The notes under the pieces are model-generated. The model saw only the letters and a program-made list of their open reading frames with translations. It was not told the DNA's origin and made no database searches. Of a stretch of DNA of 64,000 nucleotides, positions 1 to 14,779 are shown piece by piece (position 1 is the first letter of the stretch; each line of letters starts with the position of its first letter). Source of the DNA: the human T2T-CHM13v2.0 reference genome, Homo sapiens; the NCBI RefSeq assembly GCF_009914755.1, contig NC_060942.1; one strand, written 5' to 3'. Position numbers and translations under genes: made by a program.

Positions 1-242
1 ACAGACCTCTCAAAAATCGCCACATTGCCTTACACCAGAGGGGGCATAGTGAGGAGGGACGTGGAGCTGTTCAGCTTCTCCAGTGCATAGAAACAGGATA
101 CATGCCAGAACCAAGTCTGTGGTACATGCTGAGAAGCAGATCAACCTGCTCATCAGAGCACGGGGATTTTTAGGGCACAATCAGCAGTGAAGTGTGGCCA
201 ATATGACAAGAGTAGGGTGTGGGCTGGGAGACAGCAATCCAG

Positions 243-1195
243 TGTTAACTTAAAAATCACAAGGTCTTTATAAATTTGGAAAAGGAGACATTTTTCTCAT
301 TAAGTATTACAGCCTGCAAGGTGGCCATTCTGACAGGCTGGGAAGTGTGCTTCAGGCTGAAACCATTACCAGGCACTTGGAAAGTGAAGGGATTTAGGTA
401 GGAGCTTTCTGCTGAAAAGGTTGGCTAAACATATATATTCAATGAGTTAAGGAGGAGTTATGAATATTCATGAAGGTGGTCCTGACACATGCGTAGTGAA
501 CAAATATGTATGTAACATATGACTTATGTTCACCTTGGGGTGGAAACTTAACATTTAAATTCATTATATTTAGGTTCTGTAAGTCAAAAGGTCTTTTCAG
601 GATACCAAGGCACTCATTGCACAGCCTCTGTAAACTGGCCAGAACTAGCCCATCACTGGTGGTCTTATCAGGAGAAAGTTACAGAAACCAGTCTCTTGTC
701 TAATCAAAGCTGTAGCTATGGTTGGTGGAACAGGAGTGAGGAGTGAGGTGGTTGTCAAGGAGATAGGGGTGGGAGACTCAATTAGTCAGTGTCTGATGGT
801 TGGTGACCTGCAATTGCTTCAATTGGTAATCTAAAGGCCTGTGCTTGTTTAGCTCCTAGAGAAAAAGGAACATTGTGGCAGTTAGAACATAGCATATTTT
901 TTAAGCATAGTTGGGCATGACTTAAATCATTGCTTGGAATGGCTTAGGTCCTGGTTATAATTTAGTACTTTATTGTCACAAACAGTCCATTCTGTCAGTC
1001 TTATGATCTCCATTTTAACATTAATACAGTTGTTGTGTCTAAACAGCAAAAGGGAGGGGGATATAATGAGGCATGTCTGATCTTCCATCTTGTTGTGTCT
1101 AGAAATTCAGTTTTTAAGATTTTCCTGGGATCCCCTTGGCCAAGAGGAAATCTGTTCAATCAGTGAGGATCTTAAGATTTTATTTTTAATTTACG
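243..1195 (-). mobile_element. Solo ERV1 LTR, MER4 family
   Basis: The reverse complement starts (c)gtaaattaaaaataaaatcttaag, resembling the MER4 5' end. A 4 bp TSD ccag lies at 239-242 and 1196-1199. It shares the block cagcctgca.ggtggccattctgacaggctgggaag with the LTR at 55460-56183. Confidence 0.8.
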
Positions 1196-3645
1196 CCAGG
1201 AAAGAATAGGACAAATATACAGTGAAGTGTAAAGGGCAAAATGAGCTTGTCTGAATAAATAAATAAATTGTCATGGACACATTTAAAGCATCTGGCACAT
1301 TCTAGTCAGATTTAGCCTTATAAGAAAAACCTAGAAACTGATTAAGGGGAAAATGAGGTTAAACCATCTTGAGAAAATGGGATTCAAAGTGCACAGAGAG
1401 AGACATGATGTTCTGTCAGACTTACAAAGTTTGCTGTCATGTAGAGGAAGGACATGGTGGTAAAACTGAAAATAAACACCTGGGGTGGGAAAGCTTCGTT
1501 AGATAGTCATGGATTCCAGATCTTCTGGAAAACTTCTGCCAATCAGTGTAATGGAAAACTTGGACTGGGATCTCCTCATTGACGTTAATGGGTATTTGTG
1601 TTTCCTCTTTTCCTTTGACAGAATTTTTTGGTTACTAGATATTTTACAATTTTCTTCATCTTTTTTTAAAGAAACAGTTATATGATTCAGCCTCATTTTA
1701 GAGAACTCAAACAACTAACTAGACTATAAAGAAGAAAATAAACAGCACCTTCAAAATAACCATGTTAACACTAAGATAACAACATTCAGATGTCTTTCTC
1801 TGCTGCACAAATGCAGAGAAGGGTGTACAGATAAAAATATTGTTTGATAGGGAGATAAAATGTTATAAAACAGGATTGTACTATGAATGCCAATCCAATA
1901 AGATTGTTCAACTTATTTTGACTTGATTATAAAAATAACAAAGCATCTGAATAAATAGTAAATATTTTGATAAATATTTACTATAGTTCCCTCTAAATTT
2001 ATGGAAAAACTATGAAAGAAAGACCAAAAGATCGGAATCACTGTGCTCTATTTTTTGGAGCACATATTTTAATTTTAGATAGGTTTTGTAAAATATTTAA
2101 TACACCTCTTACAAATTCTCCCACCTTCACTCCAATAATTTCAATTTTTTAAAGTTGGATTTTATTTTAATTGTCAAATTTTACATTTGTATTCTGTTTC
2201 ATAAATATAATATCTACATTTTTTTCTCTTTTTACATGTATCTTTTCTTTGGCTAAATTTTATGTTCGAATGGTTTTACTACATTTATGTATTTCAAAAG
2301 AAAACTCCCATAGATGGTGAATTGCCCATAGGTTAGAGTATTTAAAAATGCCTGATTGTTTACTTAAATGGATTCATGACTTGGTTGTACACTGGTCTTA
2401 AGCCACGATTTTATTCCTTAATCCTTTGCAGACTTTAGCCTTTCTTCTGCCCATCAGTGCGACTTGTTTTTTTTCTAGAGACATGAAAAATCTTTAAATT
2501 TTTTTTGTTTACTTAAATAAAATTTTCCACGTATATAATTTTAAAAGTCAAATAGTTGTACTATAAAAGCCTACGATGAAAGCATTGAGCTTCCTATTGC
2601 CCCCTTTACTGATTTCTAATCTATTGAGGCCTTACTCTAAACCCATTGAACAGTTTTTTCTGCTAATTGCCTCTATATTTATAAATAGCATTCCTATATC
2701 ATCTCTTGGTCTTTCTGTTTTAGATATGACTTCATAGCTTTCTATCATGAAATACACTCATATATTTTTTGGGGGGGAGGGTCAGGGCTTATCCTCTTCT
2801 GATGTTCCTAATGTTGTTTATGTATCATTCTTTTGGGTTGAGTGCATTTTTAGTAGTCATCACTTCATTACATTGTAAATATTATTTACAGCTAAGAGAG
2901 GTATTGAACTACAATTACAAAGCCTTTACTTGTGCAATGTTTCATTTGTCCTGGAATTAATGACTGCCTTGATTTTCTTTTATTTGCTCCATTTCCTGCA
3001 TAATTCATTAATCACTAAGTTCATTGACATTACTGATGATCTAGAAAGTCCACAGAAATACATCAGTTACTCTATTATAATCATTATCTTCTTGGCAACA
3101 TGCCCCCTGGAGGCCAACACTCTTCCGCTTCTATTTGGACTGATTGTTCTCTAGGCTTGCTTCACAATTATTATCTTAGGTTTTCCCTCACCATGTTCCT
3201 TTCGGTCTGTTTGTGCATCCACTCAGTTGGATTCTGTATTATCTGCATTATGTGTCTCCTTCTTCTTTAGTATAATTATTGTAACTCCAGTAAATAAATT
3301 ATATTAAATGCACTCATCTTCCAGTTGCTTTTTCCTGGTAGTATATCAAGGGAAATTTTTTGACACCTGACCTATCTGATAATTTCATTATCCATCCTTC
3401 ACACTTGGTTGACACTCTGTATGGAAAATTCTAGGTGAAGACCATGTTTTCTCACAATTTTAAAGGCACTACTTCGTTGCTATAGACTGCAGTGATTCTG
3501 ACAAAAAGTCCATTAAATTTCCATATCCTGATTTTTTTTCTTGGTTACTTGTTTTTCTCCTCTTCACTTTCTTAAAGCAATTAAAATCTTCCCTTTATCC
3601 CAAGGGTTCTAAAGTTTTGTAAAACTTTCACCTAATTGTGAGTCT

Positions 3646-3791
3646 TTTTTTTTTTTTTTTTTTTTTTTGTTTGAGGCGGAGTCTCGCTCCGTCGCCCCGG
3701 CTGGAGTGCAGTGGCGCGAACTGCAAGCTCCGCCTGGCGGGTTCACGCCATTCTCCTGCCTCAGCCTCCCGAGTAGCTGGGACTACAGGCG
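3646..3791 (-). mobile_element. 5'-truncated AluY (right arm only)
   Basis: Poly(T) followed by AluY-type sequence (ctgcaagctccgcct, gggttcacgccattc). Exact TSD cctaattgtgagtc at 3631-3644 and 3792-3805. Confidence 0.9.
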
Positions 3792-4171
3792 CCTAATTGT
3801 GAGTCTTTTTCCTCTCAGTTTGTTGTCTACTTTATGGAGATTTTCATTCTGAAATTTCGTATTCTTTGGTTTGATAAGATTTAATGAACTATTTCTCTGA
3901 CAGTTTGCTCCTTTCTGTTTTCTCTTTCCGTAACTCACGTTTTCTGAAAATCTGAATACTAGGCTGATTTTTTTTTAAATTTTTAACATTTTTAATCTTG
4001 TCTTTTTTGTTCTCCCTGGAGATTTCCTCAATTTTATTTTCCCATCCTTTTGTTGAATTATTATTTTTGCCATCAAACATTTGATTTTCAAAATCTCTTT
4101 CTTGCTTTCCAAACATTCCTTTTTTCTAGATTTGAGTTCTGGCTCATTGAGGAAATATATTTTCTCGAATC

Positions 4172-5030
4172 CGTCTTTTTTGTGATAAAATACCAGTAAC
4201 ATAAAATTTACTGTCCTAATCATTTTTAAGTGCGCAGTTCAGTAGTGTTAAGTATATTTACATTGCTGTACAACTAATCTCCAGAACTTTTTATTATTGT
4301 AAAACTGAAACTCTATACCCATTAAACAGCAAGCCCCCATTTCTCTCTTCCCCAAGCCTCCAGAAACCACCATTCTACCATCTGGTTCTATGAATTTGAC
4401 TACCCTATATACTGCAGTAGCATTACACAGTACTTGTCTTTTTGTGATTGGCTTATTTCACTTTGCATAATGTCCTCATGGTCTATCTATCTTGTAGCAC
4501 GAATTTCTTCCTGTTTATGGCTGAATAATATTCCATTGCCTGCATATGCCACATTTTGTTTATCAGTTCATCCACTCATGGACGTCTAGGCTGTTTTATA
4601 TTTTGGCTATTGTGAATAATGTTGCTGTGTACATTGCATATACAATTCTCTACTTAAGACTCTGCATTCAGTCCTTTTGGATATATAACCAGAAGTGGAA
4701 TTGCTGAACCATGGGGTAATTCTATTTTTAATTTTATTTAGGAACCACTGTACTGTTTTCTATAGCACCTGAACCATTCACATTTTTTACCGACAGTGAA
4801 TGAGTTCCAATTTCTCCACATCTTCACTGACACTTGTTATTTTCAGGAGTTTTGTTTTTTTGTTGTTGTTGTTGTTTTGCTTTGATAATGGCCATCCTAG
4901 TGGGGTCAAGGCGATATCTCATTGTGATTTTGACTTTCATTTCCATAATAATTAGTGATGTTGAGCATCTTTTCCTATGCTCATTTGGTATTTGTTTACC
5001 ATCTTTGGAGAAATGACTATTCAATGCCTT
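4172..5030 (-). mobile_element. Old L1 (L1MA/L1MB-like) 3' end
   Basis: Typical antisense L1 3' motifs: tggcttatttcacttt, ccagaagtggaattgctg, tgatgttgagcatcttttc. The minus-strand ORF 4824-5024 resembles the ORF2 C-terminus. Boundaries are approximate. Confidence 0.8.
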
Positions 5031-5311
5031 TGTCTTTCTGCATTGTTTCTTTCACTTGACTTTTTAATTCTGTTTTTGTTGGTCTCTACATTTCATGTTG
5101 AAAATTTTTCTCAAGTATCTGTAAATCTTCACCTGTCTGTTTATATGTAAGAGTGAACTTATGTATTAACTGGAAGATCTGGAGTGTGAGAGGTGGAACT
5201 CACTCTATGTGTGATTAATCAGGAAGTTGCTTATTTTAGGGGGCATCCCAAAACTGTACGTATTAGTATTGTTTTGATTTTAATGTTTTCTTAACTCTGT
5301 AATTTAAATTT

Positions 5312-5373
5312 TCATTTTATTATTCTGGTTTTATTTTTATTGTTCTGGTTTTATTTTTATTGTTCTGTTTTTT
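5312..5373. repeat. Degenerate T-rich tandem repeat (~20 bp unit ttttattgttctggttttat, ~3 copies)
   Basis: Seen directly in the sequence. Confidence 0.6.
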
Positions 5374-7392
5374 TATCTCTTGTTTTATCAAAAGTAAGTT
5401 TTCATTAAGTTCTTCTATAGTGCAGTTGTTGTAGAAATGCAATTTCTGTTCCCTGTATTGTATTTTTTTCCAGATTGTATTTTTTTCTTGTTTTTTTCAG
5501 ATGTGTTCATTTATCCTTCTCATTTTTGCTTCTGTTTATTTCTCTGGTATGCTTATTTTTTAAATTCTTGCTCAGACTTGAAAGTTTTTTCAGACTTTTG
5601 AAATAAGAATTCAATTTCATATAAGTGACTTCTGTTTTACTTACCTTTTATCATTATTGAGGCATAGTTGTCATCTCCTCTGACTCAGAGTTCAAGGAGT
5701 GTGATTGTGTTTTACTGACTTTGCTGTAGTCCATCCTATGGTAAGAAGGCTGAGCTGGGATAGAACCCACTTGGAACTACTAGTCTGTGGTACTTTGTAA
5801 AATGAGCAAAATATTCTGTACCAGGATTTACTCCACCTACTGGGAAGTACTTCTTGTTCCCATGGGGAATACCCTTGCAACTTAATGTCATCCCCTCAAC
5901 TCGGGAATAATCCCTAAAGCCTATTTTTTTTTTAGTATCAGAGAAAGCATATCCTAATTATTTGCCTCTGCTATTTAACGCCTTTCTGTTGGAAATGATT
6001 TTCACTTCCTCCAAGTAAGAAGACAATATCCATGCCACTCGTTCTTGTTCAAGTATTATAGTATTATAAACTTTACTAGGATTTTATAAATGTACCACTT
6101 CCAATGCAGAGGTCGGAATGGATTTTGGGTGCCCTGGGGCCTCGCCAAACACTGTGTTTATTGCGGCCCTCAAGTTTTGGAGCTTATGACAAGAGGCTGT
6201 GCTTTCTTTTTTATTAAATTTAAAGTGCCTTTGACTATCTGTTTTTATTAAATTGAGTAGAAATTGGATGAAGAAGATTTTTTTAACTGGCAATATTTTA
6301 CCACTTTTACCAAAAACTCTGTTAATACTTGAATATGATTTAATAGGAAAAATTTATATTGCACTTGATAAACAAAAAGGGAGAAAGAAAGTTGTAGACA
6401 CATCTAACATTCCATTCTGCATTTTAGTTGTTTCAAATCAGCAGTTTTACTTACCAATTAATAATTATCTTGGGAGAAAACAAGCTTGGATTCCAGTTAC
6501 TCTGCCACTGGTTGGTTACACGTCTTGAGGTAGAGAGCCAAACTTTCGGATCTTAAATTCTTTAATAATGAATGCTAGTGTTGCATAGTTGATCTATAAG
6601 GTATCCTCTAGTTTTTAAATCATATAAATACAATTTTTTCTCATGCTTAAAAATAAAATTAATATTTAGACTATTATTTACACTCTGTTTTAATACTATA
6701 AAATACATGTAGTACATAATTCTATAAAATTTAATAAATATGTGTTAATTGCCGACCATTTTACTAAGCATTATGGAGAAAAAAATATGAAGACCTAGAG
6801 TTTTTAGAAAGAGAGAAGAGAAAAATGAGACAAACGTTTTAATAACTAAATTATAGAATGGAGTATGATAAGCATCATAAGGTACATATTTAATAAATGC
6901 ATATAGGGGTTCAGATAGCATAGAGATTATAGTTTCAGACAAAAAAAATCATGCAGAAGTGAGGTTTGAGTTAGGTCTTAAAGGAAGAGATGCAGAAGGG
7001 AAGAAACAGCATGACCAGAAAAGGTAAAGCTTGGATTATGGAAGCTTGGAAAGCATTAACTATTTTCTTATATCTGAATTCAGGGAATATTAGAAGGACT
7101 AACACAAGATAAAAGTAAATTTCTTTGAGTCTCTTCAATGGTGTAGTTTGACCTAAATTTTAGAAAGATTAATATGACAATATGGAAGTTGAATTGAGAA
7201 AGAGAGGGGCAGAAAGGAGGGAAGTCAGCCAAGAGGAATGCTCTTAGTCAAGGAAAGAAATAAAGTAAACCTGAATAAGGATGGGATCAGTGGGACTCAA
7301 AAAGGGAAGAGAAGAGAATGAATTGGAAATTACTCTCATGTTTTGAACCCAGATGAGTGACTATAAAGGTGACATCAGTAGAAATGAGAAAG

Positions 7393-8680
7393 TTTCAGCC
7401 GCGTTTTGTAGTTTTCCTTGTCTAGGTCTTTCACCTCCTTGATAAGTATATTCCTGGGGTTTTGTTGTTGTTTTGTTTTGTTTTCTCAGCAGTTATAAAA
7501 GGGGTTGAGTTCTTAATTTATCCTCAGCTTGGTCATTGTTGGTGTATGGCAGGGCTACTAATTTGTGTACATTGATTTTGTAACCTGAGACTTTACTGAA
7601 TTTGTTTATCAAATCTGGCAGTCTTTTGGAGGAGTTTTTAGGGTTTTCGAGGTATATTGTCATACCATCAGCGAACACCAATAGTTTGACTTCCTCTTTT
7701 CCAATTTGATGCCTTTCATTTCTTTCTCTTGCATGATTACTCTGGTTAGGACTTCTAGTACTGTGTTGAATAGAAGTGGTAAATATGGGCATCCTTGTCT
7801 TGTTCTAGTTCTCAGCAGAAATGCTTTCAACTTTTTCCCATTCAGTATGATGTTGGCTGTGGGTCTGTCATATGTGGCATTTATTATTTTGAGGTAAGTC
7901 TCTTCTATGCCTAGTTTGTTGACTGTTTTTATCCTGAAGGAATGCTAGATTTTATTAAATGCTATTTCTGCATCTATCAAAATGATCACGTCTTTTTAAA
8001 AATTCTGTTAATGTGATGTTTCACATTTATTGACTTGCATGTGTTAAACCATTCCTGAATTTCTGGGATGAAGCCCACTTGATCATAATGTATTATCTTT
8101 TTGATATGCTATTGGATTCAGTTAGATAGTATTTTGTTGAGAATTTTTACATCCGTGTTCATTGGGGATATTGGTCTGTAGTTGTCCTTTTTTGTTATGC
8201 CTTATACTGATTTTGGTATCAGGGTGATACTGGCTTCATGAATTAGGGAGGATTTCCTTCTTCTCAATCTTTCGGAATAGTTTCATTAAAATTGGCACCC
8301 ATTCTTCTTTGAATCGTTGCCCATCTGGCCCTGGACTTTTTTTTGTTGTTGGCAATTTTAAAATTACTGGTTTAATCTCATGGCCTGTTATTGTTCTGTT
8401 CAGTGTTTCTATTTCTTCCTAATTTAATCTAGGAGGGTTATATGTTTCCTGGAACTTATACATTTCCTCTGTATTTTCTTGTTTATGTGCTAGAGGTGTT
8501 CATAGCAGTCTCAAATGTTCTTTTATATTTCTGTGGTGTTGCTTGTAATGACTCCAGTTTCATTTCTAATTCAGTTGATTCGAATCACCTCTTCTTTTCT
8601 TGATTAATCAAGCTAATGGTCTACCAATTATGTTTATTTTTTCCAAGACCAGCTTTGTGTTTCATTTATCTTTTGTATTG
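7393..8680 (-). mobile_element. L1 (L1PB-like) internal ORF2 reverse-transcriptase fragment
   Basis: ORF 7493-7792 translates to ...[29 protein letters not shown]...[10 protein letters not shown], a decayed L1 RT FADD region. No poly(A) tail. Confidence 0.9.
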
Positions 8681-8974
8681 TTAATTGGATAAGTTATTTT
8701 TGGTGGACAGTTACAATTTCAGTCTTCAACATATGGAATTTAGGGTACAATAATCTGTGTCAATAAGCTGTGTCAAGAAGGCAGGGGAAATGCTAGACCA
8801 CGCATCAGGAAAGACTTAAAGACCAGAAAAACAGATATGGAATTTATTCACATAAAGGAAATGAAAGAAATCTTCAAGGAAATATGCCTAGAAAACAGCA
8901 GACCAAGGGCAGAATAACATTAAGAAACAGAAAAGTTAATATTGAAATATCTGCTTTACTTACTAACACCTGGG

Positions 8975-9180
8975 AAAAAGAAGAAAAAAGGAAAGAAATG
9001 AGAAAGGAAGAAAAGAAGGAAGGAGGGGAGGGAGGAAGGGAGGAAAGAAAAAAGGAGGGAAGGTAAGAAGAGAGGAAAGGCGGGAAGAAAGATGGAAGAA
9101 AAGAAAGGAAGAAAGAAGAAGGAAGGAAAGAAGGGAGGGAGAAAGGAAAAGGGTGAGAGAGAAGGACAGAGAACAAGAGG
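8975..9180. repeat. GA-rich low-complexity / (GGAA)n-like tract
   Basis: Almost pure purine run (gaaggaaggaaagaagggaggg). Confidence 0.9.
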
Positions 9181-9964
9181 AAACTGAGCAGTTGTTAATT
9201 TTATTGGTAAGTTTCAATACATTGTGCTTTAATGTTCCTCATTTGAGTCCAGGTTGTGTGTTATATCTAGATTTATTACAGAGCTGTAAAGTGAGCATTT
9301 TGTGCACTTGACTGTTGATAACTTTGTGCTTATGTTTCCCAAATGATCACTGCTCCTTGCTTGTGCCACTCTCTCAAGAATTCAAATGAGGGAATATGCA
9401 GATGGGAGGGTAGTTTTGGCCATGACTAGGTTCCTTAGCAAATATCAGCAGAACTTACCAAATACCAACAAACATCAAAGAGTTCACACTGAGACAATAT
9501 GAGGAAAGGAAGGTAGCAATGCTGCTTTTAACATACCAGGAACCCAATTCTTGTCTTTTAGAGCTCTCAGCTGCTTGATATGTTAACAAGTCAACCCCCT
9601 AACAGTATAGTTTCTGCAAGATATATCTGTCAAAAGAAGCCACGTTGTGATGAGAACAATTCGAATAATTAACAGAATATTTATATTTCTTAGTTTGTGT
9701 AATATGTTTTCTAAGTGCTTCATATTTTGTGAAAGCATTGAGTATGTCTTAACCATGTAGAATGTAATCAGTTCCAGAGAAACAGGTTCATATTTACTTC
9801 TATTTTACCTATACCTTACATGTCTCTAATGGTCAGAGATATTAAATATAAAATTAAAAATAAAACAAAAAATTTGTTACAAATCAGAATATGCAAATAC
9901 ATTTAAATGATTGATTTTTACTGTTTGTGTTTGTCAAAAATATTTGCAAATCAGTGGAGAATAA

Positions 9965-10200
9965 TAGTCAAGAGAACAGCATTTAAAATCATAGATTTGG
10001 TCTTGAATCACAGTTCTGCCACTAATTATCTGTAGTAAAAGCTTAAGCCAATTTAATAACATTCCAAGGTTTTGTTTCAAAAGAGCAGTGGCTTTCTTAT
10101 ACTGGTGTTATGATGATAAGGTGAAATAATATGAACAAAGTGGGTAATACAGAAAGTGAAATCTAGTATGTGCTCAATACATCATGGCAATTGTTATTTT
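9965..10200 (+). mobile_element. MIR fragment
   Basis: Degenerate MIR core (tgaatcacagttctgccactaattatctgt...tgtgctcaata). Confidence 0.55.
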
Positions 10201-12024
10201 CTCTGTTTAGAATTTCAATGAAAGAATAATGATGCCTATAGGAATAAAGGACTTATTTTACATAAGTTAAAATTGTTTTGGCTAATTTGGCACTGACAAA
10301 TAAAAATTGCTTTAGAATGTTCCAAATTTGTTTCCCAATATTAATCACACTTTTTGTTGTGGGTTGAAGGGGATTAGGGAATGGGAGATACATTAAGAGC
10401 TGTTATTGAAGTCTTGAGAGATGACGAGCTTCTAATTAAGAAAGTGTATTTATGTTCATTGTAAATATTTCAATTAGTGAATTTAGATTCTGAAACATAA
10501 TTCACTTTTAATGAAATCAAAAAGAGCTGTGTTAAAGATGGTTACCATTAAAAACTTCAAGAACTCCCATCTGAAATTGTTTATAAACTGTTATGTTAGC
10601 TTAATAGCAAATGAATTTATTTTAAAAATTGGTGATATGTTTTGAACACTACATTATAATGAAGTTCTCACCGTATTATTACATTAAAGTCAAAGAATAG
10701 AAGCTTTGAGTGCTAGAATTCTCCAACATTTTTAAGCAAATGACAATATAGGTAATTTTAGAACTTCATCATTTTCTAATGATTGAATTCAATGCAGATT
10801 TAACATCCAGTTATATTATGTTAAGCATGTTTCTAAAGCTTCTTTTAAAATATACTTTTATTCTTAGATATTTTCATATCTCAGGTAATGGATATGTTTC
10901 CAGTGCCTTTTTATACTATGAAAATTTCTATTTCAAATAAATTGAAATAAATGTGTAATAAAGGAGAGAACTGGACAGATAATTAAAAAATTATTTATGC
11001 ATCAATGTTGATGGTTACCTCATTAGTTTACCTTGGTAGTTTGAATGAGGTTAAAAATGTTTATAATTTTAAATAAAATTTTTTTATATTATAAATATTT
11101 CTTGAAATGTATTAGGAGAAATAATAGTATATCATAAATCTGTTTGTAAAATTAATTCATGAAGTATTACATAAAGAAAAAATCAATACTTGCCAGCTTC
11201 ATAATTAATAAATTTTAGGTGAGTGATATCTTCTATACTTATTAATTATTTTAAAAAATCTCTTTAACTGAATTATTTGAAATTTTTAAAACAAAGTAAA
11301 ATATTTTCTTTTGTTTCATAACCATTACTTTTTGAGTATACAGCCAAAACTTAATTTTTTATTTATAAGCATAAATATGGCTTCATTGTAACTTAAACAC
11401 TTAATAAAAGAGTCACAGTAAGAAGAAACGTCACCCGTATATATAGGATAGCTATCTTGATCCCTGTGAAATGATCCTGTATCTTGGATCATCTTTCTTG
11501 TTACAAACACTTCTATTGGAATTATTTTGAAGTGAATTATCCTCTAACCAAATATGTAAGAATAAATACCTTCTGTAGGGTGATAGCATTATTTTCTTTA
11601 AAGTAGGGAATGAACTACATAAAAATATTTTATCTTATTTATTTAATACTGCTATAAAAAACCTTACTATTCTAAAACTAGGAAAATTAAAATTAATACT
11701 TAGTTTCTAAGTTTCCAAATGATGTGTAACTAATAATTCCACAAGTTAATAAATTTTGTTTTCAAGGTTAGAGTGTGATATTTAAAGTTAGTTAATCTTA
11801 GTGGGTATGGTGGGAAATCATATTTCTGAGTATCAGATAAACTGAGAAAATGTCTTTTGACATTTTCTAGCATGTTCTTGGATTGGTGGTCACTTTTTTA
11901 AAAATGTTTTTCAGGGGAAAATAATTTTGGCTATACTCATATGAATCTCTGGGAATTAAAGCCTACATTTGTTCAGGTATAAAATTACTTCCTAAAGAAA
12001 ATTCTATATTTGAGTACATCCACC

Positions 12025-12810
12025 TGTGGCAGAGGTGCCAATCCAATATTCTTTGGCCATTCGTTCCAATAAGAACTTCAATTTTTCAGTGGACATTTTG
12101 CCATCCAGCTGAAAATCTTTATTTCCCAGCATCACTTGCACAGAGACCTAATCAATGACTATGTTTTGGCCAATAAGATGTCATTGAAAGCATTTTGCGT
12201 CTACACTGCAGCCATGTGCTGCATAAGGATGTTTCAGTCAACTAGGGAACACATATATGCTGGTGGGCTAGTAAGATTATAATGCGCATATACAGAAACC
12301 TGATTTATGGCATTGATATTGGCATTGCAGATCAAGTAGGGAAAATAATGGTGCTGGGGCATCTTATTTCTATGTATAGATCTAAATATAGATATAGATA
12401 CAGATATAGATATGGATACCATCTAGGTTTGTGTAAGTACACTCTCTGATGTTCACACAACATCCAAATCACTTAAAGATGCATTTCTCAAAACTCGTCT
12501 CTACTGTTAAGGAATGGATGATTGAATCTGCTTCTTGGATTCCCTCCTTTTCCTTCCCAGTGACCAAAATGCATAAAATTATGACTGGAAAATGAACACT
12601 TATTTTGCAGCATGGGGCAGGACAATAAAGATGGTTAGAACAGCAAGAGGGGAGGAAGCTGGGACCCTGAAGAATATGGAGCTGCCACACCAGAACTGGA
12701 CTATCTTCTCAGAGTTTCTTCTTATCTAAGAGAGAAATAAACTACTACCTTATTTAACTAATTTATTTTATTGTTGTTCCTGTATGCAGGTGAACTTAAT
12801 GTTTATTGAT
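12025..12810 (+). mobile_element. Old ERVL LTR (LTR33-like), split by a Tigger3-type element
   Basis: tgtggcaga start, tttcccagcatcacttgca...ggccaataagatgt, and gagagaaataaact near the 3' end. These resemble LTR33 as recalled. Confidence 0.55.
12208..12524 (+). mobile_element. Tigger3a/MER7-type nonautonomous DNA transposon
   Basis: Termini cagccatgtgctgcataaggatgtttcagtcaac and gatgcatttctcaaaac...gttaaggaatggatgattg. Internal (tataga)n repeat. Confidence 0.7.
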
Positions 12811-13651
12811 ATTATACTCCTTCTGCTCCAGATTTCTATTGTGGTGAGGAAAGACTGGTGTCTTTCGGTGTATATATAACTATAAAGCTTCATGAAAGAC
12901 ATAAAGGATTTTCATAAAATAAGGCATATATGGATTTCTCTATATCCCAGTGTTTTAATAGGTATTTTTAAACCTGACGGCTTTATTCTTTGAGCTATTT
13001 TTTAACTGTGGTGCTTTTCATAAACCCAGTTGAATCTTTCATATTCACGTTCAACTAGCCTGTGTTAAATGCCCATTTAGTGTTAGTCATTTTCTGATTT
13101 GCCAAACATTTATATTCTTCACAATGCCCCTGCAGGATATGTAATATTATTTCAGCTTTACAATGAATAAGAAGCTCCAAAGGGATGTAACATATGTCAG
13201 GTGTTTCCTGGTGAGTGATGGAGCCCCTTGGAACAAGTTGGAGTGTGTTACCTCTACAAAACCCAGAAAAGCGATCATTCAACTTTTTTCGAGCTTTCAG
13301 AAATATAGACATGAATATCACATGATGAAAATCATTTCATTCATATTTGTTCAAAGTTCTTACACATATTTTACTGAAACCAATCTATAACTCTCAAGCA
13401 CAAACTTGTTTTATTCTTCGGGGTCATATAAAGCATTTAATTCCAATTTCTGATGAAGTCATTTTAAATATGTGAGTACAACTATCATGTCCCCTTATAA
13501 ATCTTTTCTGCCTGGGTGCAGTATCTCTAGTTGCTTCACCATAGATCATATTATATTTGAACTTCTCATTCTTCCACTTTTCATAATGTAGGCTAAAGTC
13601 ATATTGGTTTTATTGTTGCTGATTGACTTGCATGTTTACTTCATCAATTAA

Positions 13652-14026
<375 letters not shown>

Positions 14027-14440
14027 TAGCAAAAACAGTAAAAAGGACTCTCCTTGTAAAAAGTGATTCAATGACCACTGTCATGCTGCAGAAAACACTT
14101 CAGAAAATCATGTGTCTATAGATGATTCTGTTTGAAATAATAGATCTACCATTCTAATTTAAATATGATAGAACTCATTAACGAAGTAAAATTATTATTC
14201 TAAGACCTATCTGTTTAAAGGCCTGCTTTGTTACCTCCCGGGTGCCAAGTGTCTTTGCTCGAAATGACTTGCAGAAAACAAGTAATTTTCCAACTTTTGG
14301 TAAATTTTATACTGCTGTGTTGTATTATTTGAAATTGTATTTTAATGCATCCTTTCCTCAAAATAATTTATGTTAACCTTCACTCTTTCCAACATTGATC
14401 GGGTATATAGAAGCCACTAGCTGTCTTCAGTTCTCTATGG

Positions 14441-14779
14441 CAGTCGTCCCCAACTCATTTGGCACCGGGGACCGGCTTCATGGAAGACAATTTTTCCATG
14501 GACTGAGGCGGGGGGATGGTTTCAGGATGAAACTGTTCCACTTCAGGTCATCAGGCGTTAATTAGTTAGATTCTAGTAAGGAGCACACAACCCAGATCCC
14601 TTGCATGTGCAGTTCACAATAGGGTTTGCGATCCTATGCCAATCTAATGCCACCACTGATCTGATAGGAGGTGGAGCTCAGGTGGTAATGCTGGCTCACC
14701 CGCCACTCACCTCTGGCTCTGCGGCCAGGTTCTTAACAGGCCATGGTACCCGTTCCCGCCTGAGGGCTGGGGACCCTTG
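14441..14779 (+). mobile_element. MER1B (hAT-Charlie) MITE
   Basis: Terminal inverted repeats cagtcgtccccaac / gctggggacccttg. Exact 8 bp hAT-type TSD ctctatgg at 14433-14440 and 14780-14787. Confidence 0.9.

Noticed and set aside
8874-9217. S/F/P-rich and K/E/G-rich ORFs
   Set aside because: They are artefacts of the GA-rich low-complexity tract.
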